From: a virus | Taxonomy: Duplodnaviria > Caudoviricetes | Reading direction: 5' to 3' (one strand) | Virus record (IMG/VR): IMGVR_UViG_3300025084_000049 | Location: 1 to 46,799 of that record | DNA: 46,799 bases | Part shown: piece by piece, positions 27,214-34,004 of the stretch | Position numbering within the stretch: the stretch's first letter is position 1 | How the letters are laid out: each line of letters begins with the position of its first letter | The notes under the pieces: generated by a model | Database searches by the model: none | Told to the model about the DNA's origin: nothing | Seen by the model: only the letters and a program-made list of their open reading frames with translations | Program-made: the position numbers and the translations under genes

Positions 27214-27230
27214 TATGTAATACTATATAG

Positions 27231-27416
27231 TCAAGTGCCATAAAAAACCAACAAGGCAACCATCATTATGTATGGCACGACAACCATAAGGGCAACGGGA
27301 TGCAGCATTGAGCCAAGCACAATGACGCAAATGCTAGTGACCAATGCCGTAGCACATAGCATAGCTATGGCAATGATTACTACAATGATACGATCAGCCA
27401 TCAATTTGCCCCACAT
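27231..27416 (-). CDS. Small two-TM membrane protein
   Basis: Two hydrophobic segments; start may be the internal Met (MADRII). Confidence 0.55.
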   Translation of the reverse strand: MWGKLMADRIIVVIIAIAMLCATALVTSICVIVLGSMLHPVALMVVVPYIMMVALLVFYGT

Positions 27417-27678
27417 ATTTTGTTGCTTGCTTTAAAGCATGGGCAAGTTTATCGGCATTGAGAAATGCCATTGCATCCTCATCCATAGCCCAATCGTTAC
27501 GTGTGGCATGTTTGATCAACCATAGGCCAATAGGCACAAACTTCCATGTGCCATTGCGGTCATCTATAAGGGCAATTTCAACCATGCCATTTTCAGAACC
27601 TGCCCCAACATTCTGGGCAATAGAGAACTCAAAACCTTTACCAAGGTTTATGTGTATGTTTGGTTGCTTATCCATCAT
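27394..27678 (-). CDS. Hypothetical protein
   Basis: 94 aa, ATGA overlap with the upstream gene. Confidence 0.65.
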   Translation of the reverse strand: MMDKQPNIHINLGKGFEFSIAQNVGAGSENGMVEIALIDDRNGTWKFVPIGLWLIKHATRNDWAMDEDAMAFLNADKLAHALKQATKYVGQIDG

Positions 27679-27905
27679 TCAACATCTTTCCATCCACTAT
27701 CGTGGATTAATGTAGGTGCGATCCTATACATATCTTCGGGCGACCTAGTGTTTGCAATTAAATTGTCCAACGTTGGACTTTCCATCTCCTGCGCAAGGGC
27801 ATGTGCAAATTGCTTTTCAGCAACATCAAGCACGTGCTGCTCTACACTTGCCTTTGTGTGCGGCAGCAAGTACCGCACACTTGTGTGATCTTTAGTGCGA
27901 CCCAT
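27675..27905 (-). CDS. Hypothetical protein (contains palindrome copy 6)
   Basis: 76 aa, TAATG coupling. Confidence 0.6.
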   Translation of the reverse strand: MGRTKDHTSVRYLLPHTKASVEQHVLDVAEKQFAHALAQEMESPTLDNLIANTRSPEDMYRIAPTLIHDSGWKDVE

Positions 27906-28507
27906 TATGCCGCAGCTTTCGAGTTATGCTTTTGGCGGTTTTCAAGTACCGCCATGAGATCAAGCACGATTTCTTCAAGATCAAGATCATTAAGATGAGC
28001 TTGTTTCACAATGGTGTTCACCATTACAGTGTGTGAAACCTTTTGTTGTGGCGGTTGAGATTGTCCAACATTGGACGTTTCACCTTCGGTGGTTTCAGTT
28101 TGTGTTTCACCTTCGGTGGTTGTTTCCTCACTGCCTTTGGCAGCTTTACGCATTGCAGCTTGTAAAGCTGTGAGGGATGAGCCTTTGTATTTTGCTTTAG
28201 CAATATATTCACGGCACTCTGCTTCATTTTCAATGAACCATAGAGCTTCGGAACGGCGGCGTTTGTCAATCGCAGCAATACCATGTGTTCGGAGAACATG
28301 TGTCGGTATTTTAGAGCTACCGCAGTTGGATTTCAATTGCTTTAGCAAGTTGCCAAGCCGAGTATCAAAACCATTCTCTTTGATGGTTTGCTTTAGGCTG
28401 TTCACTTGACGCCAAATTGATCCAAGGGCTTTGCCCTCTTTTACCAAAGCATCCATTGAAGTACCTTCAACTGTGACAGTTTTTGCTGTTGATTTTGAGT
28501 TTGCCAT
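27905..28507 (-). CDS. First early gene, basic/helical hypothetical protein (contains palindrome copy 7)
   Basis: 200 aa, AAGGA RBS, first gene of the - arm. Confidence 0.8.
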   Translation of the reverse strand: MANSKSTAKTVTVEGTSMDALVKEGKALGSIWRQVNSLKQTIKENGFDTRLGNLLKQLKSNCGSSKIPTHVLRTHGIAAIDKRRRSEALWFIENEAECREYIAKAKYKGSSLTALQAAMRKAAKGSEETTTEGETQTETTEGETSNVGQSQPPQQKVSHTVMVNTIVKQAHLNDLDLEEIVLDLMAVLENRQKHNSKAAA

Positions 28508-28523
28508 TTTGAGCTTCCTTTAT

Positions 28524-28606
28524 CTATATTCTGTTTTTATATGAGAAATGTATATCTCTCACAAGAAGTGAGATATACTTTATCATTAAAAACTAATAGA
28601 ATATAG
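28524..28606. repeat. Inverted repeat D upstream of the first early gene
   Basis: Outer arms CTATATTCT / AGAATATAG and inner arms GTATATCTC / GAGATATAC. Confidence 0.7.
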
Positions 28607-28609
28607 TAT

Positions 28610-29560
28610 AAGTTTTGTCCAGAGAAAAGTTGCTACAGCTTTGCTGTTAATGTGCTTGTGCATCGTGATCCTCTGCGCCTGTCGTTTCCCATGTGACTGC
28701 AGTAATTACAAGTAATTACGAAGTTCGTGCGTGAAACTCGTGAGGCTGATTTGGGTTGGGGAAATGGTTAGTGTTGCAATTATGTCACAGTATAACTGTG
28801 TATTGTCCAACGTTGGACGATGCTGTTCCATTGGCAGAGCTACACGGCTTGTGGGATCATGCCATGTGATGATGCGTATGACCATCAGAGATGGTGGGTG
28901 GTAGTATTTTGTACATCGGCACTGCAACACACCCTTGGTGTGAAAATATGCCCTGTTTTTTCACTACAAGTAGTGGCAACTGATTGTGTAACAGTTGTCG
29001 TAGACAAATAAGCTGTTGATAACTAACACATCTTTGATGTGATGGTGGAATGTGGCAGTGATTGTGCTTTCACCATATATCTAGTCAGGTCTGCTTTGCA
29101 GTTTGGCCTAGATTCGGGTACGGGCAGGGGCATACGGGGGGTATACGTTATATATACATGTACTTCTACACAGATCAGTAAAATACACTGTTAACCACTT
29201 TATATACATACTGGTTTACACACATTATGTGATCACAAATCTATGGCTACTGGTAATATGTGATCACAAAACTATGTGACATATATGCAACAATGCAACA
29301 CAAACAAATAAAATGGCATCACTGTACGATTTAGTATTGACATGGGGTATATAATGTGTAAAACTATGTATAGTTAGTTGGGTAGGGTCACTTAAAGTGA
29401 TACACGTACAGTATACACTTACGTACATACTTAAATAATCCTTAAATATATTAACTATAAATATATAGTAAGTACACACGTACAGTGATACACTTACATA
29501 TAGTAATCTGTAAATGAATATTGCCGATAGGCGAGAGATATTCGTGCATTAATAAAATTA
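28610..29560. other. Divergent non-coding control region (candidate genome termini/origin)
   Basis: No convincing ORF; the two arms diverge here; contains TATGTGATCACAAA x2 and ACACGTACAGT(G)ATACACTTAC x2. Confidence 0.6.
29337..29364 (+). promoter_or_regulatory. sigma70-type promoter of the + arm
   Basis: gtaTTGACA-16 nt-TAAAACtatgt. Confidence 0.65.
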
Positions 29561-29564
29561 AGTA

Positions 29565-29592
29565 TTGACAATGGCTAAAAAATCAGTAAAAC
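29565..29592 (+). promoter_or_regulatory. sigma70-type promoter, second copy of the same consensus
   Basis: gtaTTGACA-16 nt-TAAAACtatgt. Confidence 0.6.
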
Positions 29593-29777
29593 TATGTACA
29601 GATAATGTTCTTGGTGAATTTTACCGACACGTAATGGACGGTAATCTTGAGGACTTGCACATTCCCCATAGTGATGTATTCTACGTAAGGAAAGCTGTAG
29701 AGGCTCACTATGGTCGTTCCTTTACTTTGGAACACGTAGAGTGGGCTATGAAGGCAGAAGGTTGGACTGATGGTTAG
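29571..29777 (+). CDS. Hypothetical protein
   Basis: 68 aa, LHIPHSDVFYVRKAVEAHYG; start uncertain, no clear RBS. Confidence 0.6.
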   Translation: MAKKSVKLCTDNVLGEFYRHVMDGNLEDLHIPHSDVFYVRKAVEAHYGRSFTLEHVEWAMKAEGWTDG

Positions 29778-29821
29778 GCATTGGTCATATAAAGTTAAAT
29801 GGTAATATAGGAGATATACCA

Positions 29822-30727
29822 ATGGCATTCGCAAAAGGATTTATTAGGGCTGGTAAAAAAGCAGCTAAGAAAGCTAAACAAGACCCTAAACCAAAGTTTA
29901 AGGCAGATCGTAAACTAGACAAAGAAATAGATGAACGACTAGCCAAGCAAAATAAAATTGCTAAAGATGCAGACAAGGCTAAAGCCAAAGGTGATAAACC
30001 TAAAGCTGCTCCTAAGACAAGGGTGGGTAGACCCTTTGAGCAAACTGCTGCTGAGAAAGCTGCAGATAAAGCACCCAAACCTAAGACAGATACCCGTGTA
30101 GCACGTGCTGGTGCTTTTGTAACAAATGCACAGAAAAAAGCTATTACTGATGCACCGTCTGTACAGGCGTTGACATCTCTTAAATCAAAGTTAAATAAAG
30201 AAGTAGATGCATTAAAGAATGCTACTGCTGCTGAAAAGAAAGAACGCAAAGATAAAATTGCTAAAATGATCAATGCAGCAAAGGCTAAAATAGATAAAAA
30301 AGCAGCAGATGCAGTTAAATCTAATAAACCAGATACACGTCCTGCAAGTAAAAAACCACAGAGTGCAGAAGAAAGACGTAAGGCTAAAGTGGGGGATCGC
30401 CGTAGTACAGGAACTGGTGCATGGAAAAAAGAAGGTATGGGAGACTTTACATCTTATACCAGTATGAAAAGAGCAGATGCTATTCTAAAGGCAGGTAAAG
30501 ACTTACGTGCAAATAAAATTACAGAAGCTAAATATAAAGCTATTATGAGAGCTATTGGTGCAGCAGACCAAATAGAAAATACATTGAGGGCAATCAAACG
30601 AAGAGGTAAGAGTAAACCTGTATCTTTATCCCAGATGATAAAAGGGAAGCCCGACAAAGAACTAAGAAAAGGTGGCTATGTAAATTGTGGAGCATCTGTA
30701 CCTGCTACACAAGGACGTAAGAGGTAA
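29822..30727 (+). CDS. Highly basic K/A-rich protein (candidate DNA-condensing/virion core protein)
   Basis: 301 aa, very Lys/Ala/Arg-rich, GGAG RBS, C-terminal LRKGGYV. Confidence 0.7.
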   Translation: MAFAKGFIRAGKKAAKKAKQDPKPKFKADRKLDKEIDERLAKQNKIAKDADKAKAKGDKPKAAPKTRVGRPFEQTAAEKAADKAPKPKTDTRVARAGAFVTNAQKKAITDAPSVQALTSLKSKLNKEVDALKNATAAEKKERKDKIAKMINAAKAKIDKKAADAVKSNKPDTRPASKKPQSAEERRKAKVGDRRSTGTGAWKKEGMGDFTSYTSMKRADAILKAGKDLRANKITEAKYKAIMRAIGAADQIENTLRAIKRRGKSKPVSLSQMIKGKPDKELRKGGYVNCGASVPATQGRKR

Positions 30728-31093
30728 ATGCCCGACCTAAGTAAGTCTAAGTTTCATACACAGGGGTACACTATTTCATCTACTTCGGCAGATGCTAGTG
30801 CTACCGTTGTGTATACTTGCCCTAATAACTTTAGTGCAATTACTAGGTATTTACATATTAGTAATAATAATAATGCTACTAAAAAAGTATACGTACAGTT
30901 TTACCATGCAGAAGATACAGCATATCATTATATTGCAAATGGCCTAAGTATGGCAGGTCACTCTGTAGCTAACCTAGTCAATGGTGGCTACTTCAATCTT
31001 CATGCAGGTGATAAGATAGTAGTATACGGTGAGACAACAAATACTATGGAAGTGTTAGTTTCTGTAGAGGAATACTTTGATCCTAACCGTTAA
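30728..31093 (+). CDS. Hypothetical beta-rich (virion-associated?) protein
   Basis: 121 aa, VYTCPNN..., LHAGDKI. Confidence 0.7.
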   Translation: MPDLSKSKFHTQGYTISSTSADASATVVYTCPNNFSAITRYLHISNNNNATKKVYVQFYHAEDTAYHYIANGLSMAGHSVANLVNGGYFNLHAGDKIVVYGETTNTMEVLVSVEEYFDPNR

Positions 31094-31106
31094 ATGCATA
31101 ACGGGC

Positions 31107-31135
31107 TTGCAATAATGTCTGTAGTATGGTATAAC
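31107..31135 (+). promoter_or_regulatory. sigma70 promoter for the DUF1127 gene
   Basis: TTGCAA-17 nt-TATAAC with extended -10 TG. Confidence 0.65.
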
Positions 31136-31199
31136 TAACTGTGTTATAACTATCTCCATAAAGGTAAGAAATACTTACCTAAACATAAAGGAGATAGAA

Positions 31200-31343
31200 A
31201 TGTTTAAACGAATACTAAAAGCAATACAAGAAGGTCAACAACGTCGAGTACATTACTGGCAACTTCATAATATGTCTGATAGAGAACTGCGTGACATTGG
31301 AATATCACGAGCAGAGATACAAAGTAAAATATACTGTGAATAG
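31200..31343 (+). CDS. DUF1127 (YjiS-like) small protein (47 aa; not in ORF track)
   Basis: MFKRILKAIQEGQQRRVHYWQLHNMSDRELRDIGISRAEIQSKIYCE*; L..MSDRELRDIGISRAEI signature; AAGGAG RBS. Confidence 0.85.
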   Translation: MFKRILKAIQEGQQRRVHYWQLHNMSDRELRDIGISRAEIQSKIYCE

Positions 31344-31518
31344 TTTATGTGCCACATCCCTTACTAAAAATTGTCAATGGACTATACTTAATAAGGTTAC
31401 TAAGTCTTCTAGCTCTTGTGAGTATGCAGTTACCGCAAGAGCAAAAGGATGAAGCACTAAGGCAGGTAAGTAGTATGTGGCTTAACCTAAGAAGATTACA
31501 AAAAGGACCATACGAACT

Positions 31519-31734
31519 TTGACACTCATATCTCATTTCCCTTTACCTGCCATGCCTTTCGATACGCATGTAAATATTGTATTTGAATCTGGTAAGAGTG
31601 ACATTGTAGAAGTTACACGTAAGGCTGTAGATAAAAAGGCAGATGAGTATAGGTACGAGAGTATCTATGCATACCACCCTCACAATCAAAACAAACACCC
31701 AGCAGGTAAGCTGGTAGACTTTATAGTAGCATAA
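31519..31734 (+). CDS. Hypothetical protein
   Basis: 71 aa, TTG start after AAGGA, ends GKLVDFIVA. Confidence 0.6.
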   Translation: MTLISHFPLPAMPFDTHVNIVFESGKSDIVEVTRKAVDKKADEYRYESIYAYHPHNQNKHPAGKLVDFIVA

Positions 31735-31743
31735 GGAAAGTAC

Positions 31744-31947
31744 ATGGCACATACAGTAATTGATGACTATAAGATATTCCCACGACTGATGATGTTTGTG
31801 GTTACACTACTTACATATCAATCTGTACACTGGTATATGTCTTTGCCTGACCCCACTACTGGACAGGCTGGACTTGTATCTGTATGTATGGGTGCATTAA
31901 CAGGTTGCTTCGGCATCTGGATGAATAAAGAAGCTAAGAGTAGTTAA
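31744..31947 (+). CDS. Small two-TM membrane protein (holin/antiholin candidate)
   Basis: 67 aa, two hydrophobic helices, in the lysis cluster. Confidence 0.65.
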   Translation: MAHTVIDDYKIFPRLMMFVVTLLTYQSVHWYMSLPDPTTGQAGLVSVCMGALTGCFGIWMNKEAKSS

Positions 31948-31948
31948 T

Positions 31949-32335
31949 ATGATACAAGCATTCATAGGACCAATATCAAGTTTAGTAGGAACATGGCTTA
32001 ATGGAAAAGTTGAAACAAAGGCTGCAGAAACTAAAGCAAAGGTTGCCAGAGCCGAAGCTGAAGCACAGATTATGCTCTCTCGTGCTACAAGTGAAGCTGA
32101 TTGGGAAAAGATTATGGCACAAGGTTCTCAGTCTAGTTGGAAAGACGAATGGCTAACAATTTTGTTTTCAATCCCATTAATCCTAGTCTTCGTAGGGGAT
32201 TTTGGTAGAGAGATTGTAGCTAACGGATTTGTGGCTTTGGAGACAATGCCCGATTGGTATCAGTATACACTTGGAGTGATTGTAGCCGCAAGTTTTGGTG
32301 TACGTTCAGCTACCAAGTTTTTTGGAAAGAAGTAA
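31949..32335 (+). CDS. Putative holin (3TM/GTA-holin-like)
   Basis: SWKDEWLTILFSIPLILVF...PDWYQYTLGVIVAASFGVR; upstream of the endolysin. Confidence 0.6.
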   Translation: MIQAFIGPISSLVGTWLNGKVETKAAETKAKVARAEAEAQIMLSRATSEADWEKIMAQGSQSSWKDEWLTILFSIPLILVFVGDFGREIVANGFVALETMPDWYQYTLGVIVAASFGVRSATKFFGKK

Positions 32336-32336
32336 G

Positions 32337-32753
32337 ATGGCAGAGAAAAAACAAGTAAAACTAAAAAAGACTGCTGCAGGTGCGCAGCAAATGGGTTCTA
32401 CAAAAGATTGGGAAGCCATAGTAAAACAGTTTAACAAAGACATGCACAAAGTTCACGATGGTAAAATGACAAAGGCTGAGTTTAAAAAGAAGTATGGTAA
32501 ATCTGTAACAGAGGCACAGCCTATGTTGTATGCAGGTGCTGCGGCTGCTCGTGCTAGGGACGCAGAAAAAGACCCTAAGTATAAGGATCACAAAGAAGAT
32601 ACGGCTAAATATGAAAAGTATTGGGATAAAGATGCTAAAAAAGAAAGAAAAGATGCTAAGGCTTTGCGTGACAGGGTTAAGTCCCGTACAGGCGCAACTG
32701 ACTATCGTAAGGGTGGACTGACATTAAATACTACAGATAAGAGAAAGAAGTAA
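32337..32753 (+). CDS. Basic hypothetical protein
   Basis: Start reset to MAEKKQ; Lys-rich; C-terminal DYRKGGLT. Confidence 0.65.
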   Translation: MAEKKQVKLKKTAAGAQQMGSTKDWEAIVKQFNKDMHKVHDGKMTKAEFKKKYGKSVTEAQPMLYAGAAAARARDAEKDPKYKDHKEDTAKYEKYWDKDAKKERKDAKALRDRVKSRTGATDYRKGGLTLNTTDKRKK

Positions 32754-32754
32754 G

Positions 32755-33207
32755 ATGGCTTTTAAACTCAGTGCAAGAAGCATTAAGAAACTTGAAGGTG
32801 TAGAGAAAGACCTAGTAGCAGTTGTTATGGATGCTATTAAGTTGACTAAGGTAGACTTTGGAGTTACGTATGGTGTACGAACCCTTGCTGAACAGGAGAA
32901 GTTGTACGCATCTGGTAGATCACAGACTATGAAAAGTAAACACCTAGATGGTAGAGCAGTAGACCTAGTTGCATACTTTGGCTCAGACATCTCATGGGAA
33001 CTGAATGTATATGATGACATCTGTGATGCAATGGCTGAAGCAGCTAGACGTAACAGTGTGGCAATTAAATGGGGAGCAGCTTGGTCTGAGGGAGACATTC
33101 GTATGTATCAGGGTACAGCAGAAGATGCTATGAATGCCTATGTGGATTTACGTAGATCACAATCACGTAGACCATTTATTGATGCCCCACATTTTGAAAT
33201 GATGTAA
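32755..33207 (+). CDS. Endolysin, peptidase M15 family (L-Ala-D-Glu peptidase-like)
   Basis: LSARS..L.GV..DL, GVRTLAEQ, SKHLDGRAVD, WGAAW, DAPHFE. Confidence 0.9.
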   Translation: MAFKLSARSIKKLEGVEKDLVAVVMDAIKLTKVDFGVTYGVRTLAEQEKLYASGRSQTMKSKHLDGRAVDLVAYFGSDISWELNVYDDICDAMAEAARRNSVAIKWGAAWSEGDIRMYQGTAEDAMNAYVDLRRSQSRRPFIDAPHFEMM

Positions 33208-33208
33208 T

Positions 33209-33583
33209 ATGGCTAGAGAATTAACAGAACGTCAACAAAAGTTTTTAGACATCCTTATGGATGAGGCAGGTGGTGATATTACCACTGCTAAGAAACTTGC
33301 TGGCTATTCTCCTAACACTACTAATCGTGAGATTACAAATAGTTTGAAAGAGGAGATACTAGATGTTACCCACACTTATCTGGCACGTAACGTGCCTAAA
33401 GCTGCAATGGCAATGGTTGGAGCTTTGTATGACCCAACTGAGCTAGGCATTCGTGACAAGATGGCAGCAGCCAAAGAACTACTAGATCGTACTGGCCTAG
33501 TAAAAACAGAGAAGATGCAAGTAGAAGCAAAGGGTGGTGTAATGCTTATGCCCCCAAAACAATCACAGGATGAAGATGACTAA
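33209..33583 (+). CDS. Putative terminase small subunit
   Basis: LTERQQKF...TAKKLAGYS helix-turn-helix, AAKELLDR; upstream of terL. Confidence 0.65.
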   Translation: MARELTERQQKFLDILMDEAGGDITTAKKLAGYSPNTTNREITNSLKEEILDVTHTYLARNVPKAAMAMVGALYDPTELGIRDKMAAAKELLDRTGLVKTEKMQVEAKGGVMLMPPKQSQDEDD

Positions 33584-34004
33584 ACCACTAGGTACGTGGA
33601 AGCTACCCCAACCAACAGACCTACAAGAAGACAATGAATGGGTTCCAATCCCACGTGTTGCAAGAACAGTTCCCTTTGGTTACGAATTAGACCCAAATGA
33701 TGACGGAATACTCTTGCCAATTGATCACGAACTTGATATGCTTATGCAAGCAAAGAAATACTTGAAACAGTATTCTTATCGTGAAGTAGCTAACTGGCTC
33801 ACACGAAATACGGGCAGAGACATATCACATGTTGGATTAAAGAAACGGTTGGACAATGAACGAAGAAGAAAAAACAAAGCTGGAAGCCTACGCAGATGGG
33901 CAGACTATGCGAAAAAGGCAATCGCCAAAGCGGAAGAAATCGAACGTACAAGGCTCGGTGCAAAAGCCCAAGACAACGAAACGCAAGAAACCAGCGCAGC
34001 CTAA
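33570..34004 (+). CDS. Putative DNA-binding protein (recombinase-domain-like/HTH)
   Basis: VPFGYEL...SYREVANWL...ISHVGLKKRL resembles the DNA-binding domain of large serine recombinases, with no catalytic domain. Confidence 0.55.
   Translation: MKMTKPLGTWKLPQPTDLQEDNEWVPIPRVARTVPFGYELDPNDDGILLPIDHELDMLMQAKKYLKQYSYREVANWLTRNTGRDISHVGLKKRLDNERRRKNKAGSLRRWADYAKKAIAKAEEIERTRLGAKAQDNETQETSAA

Larger units (their letters stand above)
23893..28820. repeat. Eight dispersed copies of the palindrome ttGTCCAAC(A/G)TTGGAC
   Basis: Copies start at 23893, 25461, 26354, 26687, 27126, 27763, 28061 and 28803; six are the identical 20-mer TTGTCCAACATTGGACGTTT. Confidence 0.97.

Noticed and set aside
26394-27221. 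Canonical integron attC sites
   Set aside because: The arms run GTT...AAC rather than RYYYAAC...GTTRRRY, and I see no IntI-specific features in the recombinase; kept only as an analogy
23893-28820. CRISPR array interpretation of the 20-bp repeats
   Set aside because: Spacing is about 300-1570 bp and irregular, the intervals are genes, and there is no cas operon; the Cas4-like exonuclease is a normal replication-module gene
28706-29479. ORFs 28706-28930, 28820-29011 and 29264-29479
   Set aside because: No RBS, atypical composition, and they overlap repeats and promoters; treated as non-coding
31344-31520. Cuckoo/CcsR-type sRNA repeats downstream of DUF1127
   Set aside because: No CCTCCTCCC motifs; the region may hold a weak ~57-aa GTG-start ORF, but support is insufficient
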